Below, one piece after another: positions 25,141 to 38,700 of a stretch of DNA of 51,202 nucleotides. The position numbers and the translations under genes are program-made. The DNA comes from Rotaria socialis (Eukaryota). The notes beneath the pieces were generated by a model, which had not been told where the DNA came from, made no database searches, and saw only the letters and a program-made list of their open reading frames with translations. The DNA lies in contig CAJNYD010000132.1 in assembly GCA_905331295.1 (NCBI GenBank), forward strand, positions 260,863-312,064. Direction: 5' to 3'. Position 1 is the first letter of the stretch. Each line of letters starts with the position of its first letter.

Positions 25141-27337
25141 AGCTGGGGATAACTTATAACATCGTGCTTAGCATTGTATAAGTTTCATTTTGTGACATAC
25201 AATGCAAGACAATTTTTCGAATATTGCAGGTGTGTGTGTGTGTGTGACGGCACAAGCGTCACGAGTGTTATCTTAGTGCCTGTTTGTTTCTTTTTCTAGC
25301 TTCCCTCTCTTTTTCTGTTGTTTGTTTTTGCACCTAATGTTGACAATTCATTATTCTTATTCTTCTCTTGTTTCATCAAGCTTCTTCATATATCTCTCTT
25401 CACTGAGATATACCTATACTCATTCTTTCAATACCTTTTGTTCATCATTCGAACGTATCTTCTCTGACTACTATTTTTCTTCTCTATCAAAAAGAATCAT
25501 CTTTTTGATTAATTGCATATTACCTTTCTTTCAACTTGATTGTTCCCTACAATCGTTCCAACTCGTGTCAGCTACTTGCTTGTGGAGTTCTTCTTATTCT
25601 CAACTATTTGTGTTCATTGAATAAACTATTGGATCTTCATTCAATATTCAATACTATTTTATTTCCATTGTTGTCATTCTGCCATAACCAGTACTGTAGC
25701 AACTGGCATTGTTATTAGTTGCGTCTCTGATTCTTATCAAAGCGTTACAGGGGAAGGTGGGACGGCGGTCAACTCCACACACCCACACCCACACCCAAAA
25801 ACGAATAGAGAATTCTCCATTCGTTTTTCGAAACTAATGCTGAAATCGTGTTCTACCTCTAAAACGTGCAAATCACTCAACCAAGTATTCGACGTTGTAT
25901 TACGTGCGGTCGTTTTTATCAATTCATTTTGCTAAATATTCTTTTGCACCTGATAAACGAAACAGGTATAGTCATAGCAGCAGCGACAAGAAATATAACA
26001 GTTGGAATTGTCTGTTTCAGTGACATTCAAGCAGAGAAAAAATTTCGAAAACGCGTTTAAACGCACAGAGAACGACGAAAAATCGAGAAAAGTGGGCATG
26101 TTTGGATGACAATAGAGGTCCCCAATTTTAAGCGAAAAACGCTCATTGTTCGCTCCAAGTGTGCATTCAAACGTGTCTACAGCTCACAGTTAGGATCCCC
26201 GATTATCATACAAGCACACCCACTTTTCCTGAATTTTTTCCTCTTTTTTGTACATTTAAAAGTGGTTTTCCAAATTCTTCTTTCTTTGAGAAATGGTTCA
26301 GCGTAGAGGTCATTACTGTTTTATTTTGAACCTTTTAACATCTGCTTCCGAACTTAAATTCCATTGTATAATGAGGAGAGATTAGTTTTCATTTCTAATG
26401 CAAAAAGTTTTACTATCGACTGAAAAAGAATGTAACCGTGCAGTTTTTTATTGTGTCTAGCATTATAAAAAATCATTTTTTTCTAAAAACAACCAGTGGT
26501 AGGGCTCGCATCTCCAGTGGGTAGGCTGAGTCCAACCATGCCCTACCCTGGTTACGTCACTAGCCCACACCTGCTGACTAAACCCTTTCAAATAATACTT
26601 ACTGTTCCTTTTGTTATTACGACTAGCCTAAGTAAAAGAAATTAAAAACCTTATTTGTTTTATCATCATAATAACCTATTATTTTGTATTTGATTTTCAA
26701 CTAAAAGGGTAAAAAGAAAAATTATACTTACGTATGATTTTCAATTTTCTTTTCTATCCAACTAAAAGGCTGAAAGAAGTAAGTATCTAAAACAAATGAT
26801 GCTTGCATTTGATGGGATCGCTTCGAAAAATCTAAATCAAAAACGATTGATTCACGAAAATAATAATTGCATACAATTTTTTATCTTACTCATGAAATTC
26901 TTCGAGATTTACGAATAAATACTTAGGTTTACTATAGACGCCTCACCTACATAAAACAAAGTTTCATTTTGTTTTTCAGGCTGATCTAATTTATGGAGAA
27001 TGACAATCGTTTAAAATGAGGTTACAAGCTATTGCAACATAGAGAGAGAGCGAGCTGTTATTCTGTTTCTCACTAATCTTTGTTTCTATTCTACGATTTC
27101 CTATCTAATCATAAAAATACTTGATGAATAGTGTTACCAACCAGAAAAGTCAACATCATTTTGATATATATATGTTTAACGTATCTGATTTGCATTCAGT
27201 GAAAAAAATCTATTTTATGGAAGGGTACAATAAGAAACCGTTTGAATACACGGATCGAACAATAAACCTTTCATTGTAGAATCATAAATCCTTCTCCTTA
27301 AATTCTGGTGCAATAAATCCTTTTTATTTTCAAATAT

Positions 27338-27634
27338 CCCAGGTCGAACAGTCCGGCCGGGAAACGGTCGGTTCCGAGTAGTTCCGTTGATTTTGTGAAA
27401 GCAGTATTTCGGTTGAAAAATTTTCGCATTTTTTCCAGTGATTTCCGATCAATTCCTGTCGGAAAGCACCGGAACTTGGCACGAATTATCCGGAAAAGTC
27501 CGGCCGTATTTTTGACCGGAATACTGCTTCCATGTTCCCACGATTTCCCGTGTTTTCCTGCAGGATATGGTGACTTTTCCGCATATTCCCTGGAGTATCC
27601 TACAGAATCCGGTGGCCGGAATGTTCGACCTGGG
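27338..27634. mobile_element. MITE copy 1 (297 bp)
   Basis: 21-bp TIR cccaggtcgaacagtccggcc / ggccggaatgttcgacctggg with 1 mismatch. GC-rich against an AT-rich background. Confidence 0.85.
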
Positions 27635-27641
27635 ACCCTTA

Positions 27642-27939
27642 CCCAGGTCGTGGACGTACGGCGGGAAACGGCCGGAAAGCACAGGAAAGCGCTGGAAACT
27701 GGAAGCAGTATTCCAGTTGGAAGTTACCGGATTTTCTTCCTGTAGATTCCGATCAACTTCCAGATGTAAAACACAGAAAAATGACCGGAAAACACAGGAA
27801 AAAAATCCGGTAACTTCCAACTAGAATACTGCTTCCAGTTTCCAGTGCTTTCCCATGCTTTCCGGCCAGATACGGTGATTTTTCCGCATCTTTCCGGCCG
27901 GTTCCTACAGTATCCGTCCTCCGGAATCATTGACCTGGG
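27642..27939. mobile_element. MITE copy 2 (298 bp), related family, largely palindromic, TA on both flanks
   Basis: cccaggtc...gacctggg termini. Long internal inverted repeat ggaaactggaagcagtattccagttggaagttaccggatt / aatccggtaacttccaactagaatactgcttccagtttcc. Confidence 0.85.
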
Positions 27940-29632
27940 TAGTTTCATCAACGCTTCAGGCAATTCGTATACACTTTTAGAGTTTTGGACGAAAACATAA
28001 ACCATTTTAGGGTTTATAAAACTTATTTTCTAGTACTAGAGTTTAGTATTCTACGATTTTTTTCTAGTGCACACACCCACACTATAGGGACGCAACGGTG
28101 ACGGTGTATCACCGGTTCACCGTCCACCGGTAACCGGTCGTACTAAACTAGCTCTGATTGGAACTAGTTGCTAAAGGCAACAATTAGTTTTGGTCTCCCA
28201 TGGTTTCAACAGCACTTTAGCGACCACAAATGTAATTATTCAAAGTCAAAATTTTAAGTTGAGGATATATTAATGGCGCTGGCCATTTCTCTTTCTTTCA
28301 GATATTTTCTTAAGAATTGCTGATAGTGGAGTTGACATGCAGGTGATTTAACTGCATTGAGTACTCATTGACAGATGCTATATACATTAATGCGATTGCC
28401 TAGATAAAGATGGATCGTGTGATAGTCTTTTTGTACTTTAGACGACTTCATCAGCATAGTTTCTACATTATCTGAGATCATCATACTCATGTCTAAATAG
28501 TTGATCACAAAGTTCAAAGTTTTGCAAAATTCTACTAGAACTGCTATATAATTAAAATTATTTACTTGAAAATTGATTGTTATCTATTGAATAAGTACTA
28601 GGAATGAAATATCAATTGAAGGAAAAATTATTTTTCGAGAATATATGTTATTTTACAAGACAAAATAGAGAAAATTTATTTTTATGCGATATACGCCTAA
28701 ACGTCTAATGTTTGCCAAATGAAAAGCATCTATGTTATTAGTACCAACAAATTCGCTGTTTTCTCCACTGTACGCTGCCTTTTTGCATAGGTGTCTAATT
28801 TTTGTTATGGAAGAAATTCATCAAAGAAAGTAGGTATGTACTATATAAATCTATTCTATGATAGGAGTCTGTTGGAATTCTTGAATGAACTGGCTAGTAC
28901 CATTGTTGAAACCTATCTCCTTGGAATACAAAAATTATGGCCAATTTGAGAAGTATGACACAAACAGAAGCTTGAAATTAGAATATGAAATATCATCTGC
29001 TTGTGCATGATTGCGTTCATACATATTGAGAACAATATATCAAATATGACATTCTTTCTTCGTCTACAATAAAACATGGATTTTCGTTTCTTCTAGTACT
29101 ATTTTGGTCAATTAAAACGTGTTTGTGCAGTCTTTTACTTAATTATATTATAAGGCTGACGGTCAACATGAATACGCGTCACAATGCAATACTGATGTTT
29201 TTTTTTCAGTAGAAATTCTATCGTAAACATGATTGTATTATGCAAATTGAACAACGTCACCCTACATTAGAACTATAGATGCAACAAACACAGTCATTCA
29301 TATACAATACTAATGATAGTACCTACAAACGCTGATCAACAAATTCACTGCAAGTCAATAATATTAAAAAAAAATATAAGTAACTCGGGGAAAGCTGATT
29401 AAGTTTTGCTTGTTTCTGAAAAATAGACATTATATTAAATTAGAAATAGGAATTAAGAGAAGTAGAAGAAGAGAATAGAATAGGAAAGAAACATCGTTTA
29501 GAAAAGAAAATTATCGCTTTCTTGTGAATATGCATCATGTCAAGATGATTCTATGTGTAAGTATAAAAAAGAAGTAGCTTATAGTTAGCATATCTTTATG
29601 TCTCTCAGCTAGATTTAGTTCATTTAGTACTT

Positions 29633-32046
29633 TTAGGCATATCTTGAATAGGATGCAGATCGACTTCCATCGTTGCCACTATATTGACCATAACCACTTC
29701 GACTGCCATTTTTATTTGAATATGATGCACGATAGGTTGTTGTATAAGCTCCTAAAAAGGATTACCTAGTCGGTAATTTTTTTTTATAGATCTTTGAAAA
29801 AAACAAACCTGGATAGTTGGCAGTCGTTGTACTATATTGTTGTGTCGGTTCGGTATGACTCAACTGTGGTTGAGGTGATTGACATTCATAACAATTTGAA
29901 CTTCGATACGATTGTGCTTGAACCGTTTGAGATCGATGATTTGTCAAATATTTTGAATAATCCATTGGTAAGTCAGTTATTCTGTCAACCATACGTACCT
30001 CACTGTGAACCAAAATAAAATATAAAAATATGATATTTTTCTTTTTGATCATTGTCCTACCCCATAGTACTGGTGGCATTATGCGACCGAGGATCGGCAC
30101 GAAAAACACCTTCATCAATAATAATTTGTTCATGATGAGCTTTTGGTTGTTCATATTCAATAATCACATTTTTCGGTGGTCGAATACTATAAGATAATTT
30201 TACAAAGAAAATCCATCTATACATGATACATGAAATTTGCTTATGTTCGCTTACAATTCAATGGGTGCTGCTCTTTCCACAATGACCGGTCGTTCTTTTG
30301 TTTCTTGATAAGGTAACCATTTTTCGTAGATTACTTGACGTGGTTTTGGAGGCGGTGGTGGAAGTCGTTCAACAATCACTTGCCGAGGTGCTGCTGGTGG
30401 TGCTGGTAAAATTCTCTCAATGATTTGCGGTTGTTGTTGAACGGGTGGTGTTGGTGGACGTTCACCTAATATTCATTAATAATAATTTAAGCTAACAGAA
30501 AAATAAAATGATTAACTAACGAATAATAAGAGGAGGAGGAGTTGGTGGTGTAGGCGGACGTTGGCGCACAACCACTGGTGGTAGTGGAGGTGGTGCTGGT
30601 GCTTGTCGTTCCTAAATGTATACAGAACTAAATTGAATTTGTATTGTTTTATGTATTAACCTTGATAATAATTGGTGCTGGTTCAGGCCCAGGTGGTGGT
30701 TCCAAAAATCGTACGTTAACTTGTTGTTTATAATGAATACTTTGATCACTTGGTTTTATCACATGTAATGGTTCGCTGTCATTTTGAACATTTAAGTATT
30801 CAAAACGTCCGTCAGGTGAAATAACTAAGTACCAATGAGAGAAATTATTGGAAAGTCTATTCAGATAAATTTTTCAAACCTTCTTGTGTACGATATTGTG
30901 GATGTTGATAATGGTGACTTGGACCAGCACGAGAAAGAATTTCATTGCCAAATCGTTCGTCATGAATAACATTACCTGCGCTACGCATTGCTGATGTATC
31001 ATAATTGTTACCGTAGCTCTGGGATCGTTGTTGCGTATTACTAGTGAAATATAATGTGAAATAAAAGTATTCTATGTAAATGTTTATAATAGAACAACAA
31101 TAAAGGGTTCGTATTGGTACATTAATTGCAAAATAGAATAAGATTTAGGCCTACTTTATTCATAGACTAGAGAAATAAATGAATCTTTATATTAAAAGCA
31201 TTTTATTCGTTTCCAGACTTTTCTACACGTGATGAGTCGTGTCTACAATAGTCAATTCAAAAGAAAAGTCACATCGTACTCATTTTTTTGTTCTTTCGAT
31301 GAAAACAGTTTGTTGTTTTTAAATAAGCAATCAAAGTTAGAAAAACATAAAAAGACGAAAGAAGGGTAAGAGGCTCGAAACTCGACAACCACTTACCTTG
31401 ACATATAAGTAGATGTAATGTATAAGAAGAGAAAAAATCAATTTTATAAATTCTTCGAGAAAATGTTCGATTGAAATGATGCAACATATCAAAAAGAAAA
31501 ATTTAATAGAAATAATGATTACCCTTTGTTTGTATCTTTTAATGCTGAATTATATGAAGTTGTTGCTGAACGATATTTATCCAAAAAACTAGATTTAGAT
31601 CGATATCGATGATCATAACCGATTCGATCTAGTGATTTTTTCGACTGTCGTTTGCTGGTACTTCCCTGATATTGTACAGGAATTTGTTCTCGGTGAGTAC
31701 GTGACATATATCTTAAAGTCTGACTGTCTGCTGAGATTTATTTTTAAAAAATGGACGTAAGATTTCACAATATGAGACACATAAAGGCGTATTAATTCTC
31801 GTTCTTTTTCCATCATGATATGACTATTTCGAAACTATCTCATTCCCTCTCTCTCTCTCTCTGAATAATAAATACGATTATTTTCTTCTTTCTAGACGGT
31901 ACTTGATATCGTGTTTTGCGGAGATGATAATGTTTTACAAGAATATTACTATTTGTATCTTACCCATTTGCTGTGTTTAAATTGTGACGATATTTATCAA
32001 GAAAGGAACTATAGCCATTATATCCTTGTTTACCAGATGCAGCCAT
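29633..32046 (-). CDS. Proline-rich protein of unknown function with VIVER/PPxP repeats and several candidate 5' exons
   Basis: Short exons splice in frame to give ...YKQQVNVRFLEPPPGPEPAPIIIKERQAPAPPPLPPVVVRQRPPTPPTPPPLIIRERPPTPP...RQVIVERLPPPPPKPRQVIYEKWLPY...EVRMVDRITDLP...YSRYA*. Stop at 29635-29633. Mostly missed by the ORF track. Confidence 0.8.
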
Positions 32047-35000
32047 CGATAATTTCTTATGACAAAATTATTTTCTATCTTAAATGATGTTTTCTTTTTT
32101 AACAATGAAGTATACAGTGCAATAAAAACAATAATAATGAAGAAGTAAAGAAGAAAAACTTCTTTTTCTTTTTCTTTTTCGAGGCGAAGATATAGTGAAG
32201 TTATTTAAAGAGAAAATGCGAGAAGCCATAACTACCAATACTCTTGGCAGTAATGTTTTAAATGCCTGTGGCTGGTTGCTATTCAACGTAAGCCTCCGTT
32301 AGCGAATACGTAGTTAACAAATGCCGTGTCGCTCCGTGTATCTTTCTTTTTACATATCTTTAATATTATTAGCGGTATTTTCAGTTGCTTAGTAACCAAA
32401 AAGAACGAAGAGAAGAAAGGAATTCCGATGTTTCTCTTAGCAAATATACAAAATGAAATGTAAAATTTAGAGAGAATCGCTCAAATTCATGCTCGGTTTC
32501 TTTTTCGTACTCGTCGATTGTTGTTTTTTCTCGCTACTTATAACAACAAAAAGGCTGTTTACTATTCGTAAAATCTAATTCTTTTCATATATGTGATTAA
32601 AATTATGTCATGTATGCTACGTATAACAATAAAGAATCTTTATGGCCTCTTTTTTTCTTTTTTTCTTCTGTTAAACGAAAACGGCAAACGCTCATAACAC
32701 ACAAGTGAACAAAAATAAAATCAGTACAACACACCAGCAATTAATATAATACAGAAAACGAGAGCAAAAAAAAGCAAAATAAAATCTGTCCCAGTAGAAA
32801 TGCACAGTATAGAATAACTCAATCAAAATATTTAAATTGATGTCAAATTGAGCACATTATGTGATTGATGTAAACAATAATTTGAATAGCCTGAGAGAGA
32901 GAAAAAGAAACAATCTTTTCGTTTCTTTTTTCAAGAGCAATAAAACTGCCCTTTGTTGATTCGTATCCTAAAGGTTTTTTTGACTTGATCACGATAGGCA
33001 GACGATCAAATTTTCTTTATTATTTTAAAATCGTTTCGTTTAATCAATTGGCAATTCAAATCAAGTTTTATGATATTATTTTGTATAATCGACCAAACCA
33101 GATGGATCTACGTATGAGAGAAAGAAGTCATTAACGATGAAAATAGTTTTAATTATTTCTAGTAGTAAAAAAAAGTCATTCATTTATTCTATGTTAAAGT
33201 ATAAATTAAATTGATAGGATCCTAATTGAAATAAAAAAAACAATTAACATCTACGATCATATGATTCTCTGCAACATTTAAAACAAATTATTTACAATCC
33301 CTGACTTTTGTTTTATTGTATAGAATTTTCAAGAATGTTTCATTCAATGTCAACTCGAATTCAACTAATGCCTACTGGCGTTCATATCACAATGATGATA
33401 GTTTATAGATAGATTTTTACACATGCCCACACACGCTAACACTGAACTATAGTGAATAGCTTGTTTTGATTAAAGTTGTTTTGTTTAGTGTAAAAGCGTC
33501 TTTTTTCTCAGAGAGCTTAAATTTCTTCCTTGATCAAGCTCATTAAATTACATGAAAACTGATCTCATTGACTGATGATTATTTCGATTTCTATTATTTG
33601 CAAATTGCAAATAACACAAACCTTATTAAAGAAGAAATTAATATGAAAAACATGTTTTCAAAAATAGAATAATATTCTTCAGTAAGTTTTAATTGTGATT
33701 CTCGATTATTCATCTTGATTAATAGAAAAAATCCAGTATTTCGATTAGAAAGTTAACTATTTGATCATGAATACATTCAATCGAGAAAACACTATTCTCG
33801 ATAATAGCTCTTCACGAATCTGATTATTATTTTTGATCCGGTTTAATAAATCTTTACTTTCTTTCTTCACTGAAACAACTCGATCAATTAAAAACATGTA
33901 AAAGTAATATTTATGAGACACTTCGATGTATGCTAACCAATTAGCCCTAAGGAGAAGCACTCTAGCTATGATAAAAAATCATTTTACCTATTGTGCTATA
34001 GTGTTCTGAACTTTGTTTTACAACAGGCATAGTCAATGGAAATTGAGCGATTACAAATGAATATTTTTAGTCGATGTTCTTTAGAAAACATTTCAAAACG
34101 GAATTTAAATTCGCATCAGCTGTCATCGTATGTTTCCACCAAATTTTGGTCAAGTAGAATTTGTTGGCTTTCATTGAATAGAAATACACAAATTTAAGGG
34201 AGTAAACCATTAAGGTCATAAATGCTTTGAGGGCTTCACAGTAACTTACTCATAATTACATCTATAAAGTCAATGCCAAAAATAGAAGCCAGTTGACTTT
34301 AGATTTTTCTGACTCAAATTTTAATTCAGAATGGTATTCAATAGTCTCACCACACTTATTTGATAGAAATTAAAAGCTATCTATCTGTATGTGGCATTCA
34401 TGTCAAATATTTCAATCGTCGTAATAGTATTCAAAAGTTTCCCTTTTAATGTTACATTGTTCATAGTTCATTATCGTGATCAATAAATCGTTGTGCAGTA
34501 AGTAATGAGTACTGCTTTCCTATATGATTTCATTCATAAAAAGAATCCAATCAATAAGGTATTACGTAACTTTTTACTTTCATGACCAACGTTATCAGAT
34601 AGTTATGCTGTTGTTGTTGTTGATTCATGATCCATTGTTGCTCTATCCATTACTAGACTTATAGAATTACAATAAAGTGCATAACACGTAGTTTAAATTT
34701 CTATTTGCTGATTCGAATGTCGTAAATAATAAAAAAATTACAAGGAAACTCAATGCCTCAAGCACCTCTTGAAGTACTCTTCTTCATATTGATTCAACGA
34801 TACAACGTGCTTAATGTGTATGAACAAAACATGTAAGATTTCTAACAAAGATATCAATTTAAGCCTGTTAGGTTGTTTTTCTGTTCTTACTTAAACTTAC
34901 ATATGTCAATTATCGCACTTTTATTTTTCAGCCGATACTGCTTTCATGCATTATTAAAAAAAATAAAAAGCGTGAGAGGTTCTTTTTGTCATCTAATGTA

Positions 35001-35748
35001 TGTTTGAGAATCATTCACTAACAAAGTTGATTCCTATCTAACGGGTGNTGACAGCATCAGTATACTAGACTCGATATTACTCGTGATAGTTCGCCCCCTT
35101 AAAAAACTTTTGTATGACCTCCCGGCAACTGAATTTGCCCTCCCGGAGTGAAAAACCTAGATAAAACACTGACCTTTACACAAGTAAAACATTGCTTACT
35201 TTTGTCTTCTTCTTTTTTGCACAACTGGAATGACAACAACATAAGTGTAAATCGAAATAATTCTCATTAAAAAGCAAGATAATATCAAAATTCGTTCAGT
35301 TTTTGTCTATATGATCTTTAAAATAAAACGAATTAGAAAGTGTTATGAAGTCAAAATATAACTTTTTTTTATAACCCTAGACAACATCAATTGAAAATGC
35401 TATTTTTATTTTTATTCAAGTTAGTCAAATAGATAAACTATCTCTGTTTTATCCAAAAGTTTTAGTATAGGCTGAATGACTTGTTATGTAAAAATCAGTT
35501 GGAACAAGTTTGAATTGAATTTTGCATTAAGATACTTCGTTTATTCGATAAAAAGAAAGATTTTACACTGTTTAGACCTACAAAGAGCATCATTCTAATG
35601 TTGATTTCCATGTATTGACATCTCTCATATCATAGTTTATTTTATGTTTTTATATATTATATGTCCAATGAACAAGAAAAGTACATGAATATATGAATAA
35701 AGTTGATATTACAATAAAAGTATTTACAGTAACAGTTTTTGAATATTT

Positions 35749-38700
35749 CTACGATCTACCAATAAGAATCATCAATGCTAATGCTAATCCAAAAGCCAAT
35801 ATAATATGAAGTAAAAGAGCTAATAGTTTTATTCGATCTTTCGTAGGATTTTCTTTCGATTGGTTTGCGTTTGGTTCATTTTTAGAATTTGCATGAAGAT
35901 CATTCATATCATATGCATCTACTTTGTTTGTTAATGATGGATTTTTCTTTCGGAAATAAATTTCAATCGTTTCAAATATAATAAAAACAATAGGTAACCA
36001 ACAGGACCATACAACTAAAATTGACCATTCTTTATTTAATTGAAATTGAAATTGTGTGAAAAACATTGCTAAAAATATCGCTACTATTGATAATACTAAT
36101 GCACTAAAACCAACAGTTGCATGTACATAATTAAATATGAATCGATAACGATCATCTGGATTACAACGAAATAATGCCATAAATGGTTGAATTACAGAAA
36201 AACTTATGACAAGTATACCAACTATTGAATGAGCAAATTCGCGTTGATTTTTCTGTGATATCCATTGACCTTTTTTATAGACAAGAATAAGAATAAATGC
36301 AACTAATGTTAAGGTAGCCACACATGTCATTATTGTACGATGAATACCAAACCAAACAGCTTTACCACAGATTTTTGAATTTGGCCACGACTGTTTGAAA
36401 TAACGTGCGACAAGAATACCTGTTGAAACAAGCACTATCCAAGTAAATAGCATAATAATACCATGTGCTTTCATTAGACCTGTTGAGTCCGATCCAACGG
36501 ATTGTAGATCATAGATAATTATTTCGTTTCTATTAAGTAAAACAGTTTGCGATAGTGCTTCTCGTGAATTCTGTGCATGTTGCATTAGATTATCTATCGA
36601 TTGCAAATAGAAATTCCTCTTCGATTTAAATACATATATATTAACATTGATACACTTACTCGAACTATCTAAATTTCCTATTGCTATGAGTGGTCGATAA
36701 CTAGCCGTTTGAGAAAGTGCAGGAAAACTATTTTGACGTTTTCGACGTTGTGTACCAGCGAAATTGGACAAAGTAAAGTCACAATACGTTATACCATTTT
36801 CAAATTTTTGTAGACTAATATTAAAACTACCACCTGGATTAACTATTGTACTAGCTAAAGCTGGTCGTGTACGACCTTCTGGATTAATAAAACGGCCAAG
36901 TAAAATTGTATTATCATTTAAACGTTGACAAATAAATACATGATCGTGTCCCTGAATAGAAGAAAATATAATTACTATTCTGTAAAATATAATTAAATAA
37001 AATACCATCGATTCATCAAGCGAAAGACCCATTGCAAGCCATTGAGATATTTTTAAATTATCAATGACCATTTTCACAGTCGTTATGCTATCAGCATATG
37101 ACCAAGTAATATTAACTCTAATATTGTTTGCGTGTGGAGCTGCTGTAGTAGTTGTCTATGACATATAAACTATTGTTGCATCTATGGATAACTCTGTAAA
37201 CTACACCAGTTAAACTTACAAGTGATTCGTCAAGATCAATAGCTTCAGAATTTTGTAATTGATATGTTTTAGTTGAAACAAATGTAAAATTATGCTTAGC
37301 TACTTGTTCTGATATGATAAAAACATATTTATCAAATTGTGATCAGAAGAATTTCTTAAAAATTATACCTCCTGCTCTGAGACGTCCTGCTGCATAAATT
37401 AGATGATAGTTTTCTCCGATGATTATTGGCGCTGATTCATTATCAGCTTGTGTAGAGTTCGTTTCAAATGAAAATTTGCAAGTAACACCGCCATTCTCAC
37501 TTACAGCGCTATTAATATTTACTGGTACACTAGACGGCAATGGGCTATTCGGTACAATTAAAGATGTACTAACAGGATTTAAAAGAAAAGAATAATTACG
37601 GTCGCTTGCCCAATTTTGTATGCATTCGTCGAAGCAATGCATTACCTGTAGATGAAACTTGACATACAAATATGTATTCATTACCCTTTTATCGAAACAA
37701 TCAATTTATCAAAATTAAGAATAAGAAGTTTATTTATTTTTTTCCTTACCATGTCTTGATCAAGTGAAAAACCAATAGCAGTCCATTCTCCAACATTAAC
37801 TGGTTCTGATGTCATTATTACTGTTACTATGTTATCACTATAATCCCAACTTATCTTTGTCTTTGGATTTGCTATCATACGTGTTTCAATATTTGTTGGT
37901 ATCGATTGAACACGTAAAGAATTCTTCTGAATGAAATTAAGAGGAAACTGAAAATATTATTTAGATCAGTGTCAACATTAAACATACTTGTTTAGGCTTT
38001 AGTGTAATGTTAAAACAATCAACATAAATCTCATCATATGATGTAACAACAGTTGCTCTATATACGTATGCATGATATTCGAATATATTGGTATGCATTG
38101 AAAATAAAAAGTACTGACTTTATAAAAATATTTCCTTCAGGTATGAATGATGGGGCATGCCATAATGCGGCTATTTGTAATTTATTTTCAGTTGACAGAT
38201 GAGTTATGGTTGTATTATCTGTTTCATTACACGAAATTGTTTTAATTGATGAATTTGATAAAGACCAAGTACCAATGATGTGTTGATTATTTTGATCTTT
38301 TGCAACTAGAAGAATTCCTTTGAAATAATCAGCATCTGTTGAGCCACGAACAGTAACTAAAATTAAAAGCAAAATAAAGAACAGTATAAATTGAAAGAAT
38401 TTTATCAAATTATTGACATTGCTGTTCGAATAATTTAAGCCTATTTCATTAATCTCAAAATCGATAGTCAACCTTGACTTTATTTTACAAGGTTATTTTG
38501 GATTTGATTATACATCAATTTTTATTCACATGTAAGAAGATTCTATATCATAGGTATCGATATGATTTTCCTGTGAGCATTCGGTGAAACTCTTCTATGT
38601 TGAAAGAGATTCGCATAGAATGCCCACCAAAGCAAAGATCTCGATATCGCTGATGCAACATCTTAGATATCAATAAAAACTGATTTGTTGTTGACTTCAA

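Noticed and set aside
27395..28005. Four overlapping ORFs of 85-123 aa
   Set aside because: They are by-products of GC-rich palindromic MITEs, with no transposase motifs.
22400..29600. Possible genes or an autonomous TE in the gene-poor interval
   Set aside because: Only short ORFs and TE-like fragments; no reverse transcriptase, transposase or integrase motifs seen.
37545..37600. Apparent stop or frameshift in FRRS1 DOMON 1, or a 31-nt micro-intron
   Set aside because: A typical 55-nt GT-AG intron restores KRPPLPSS, matching the second DOMON, so this is not a pseudogene.
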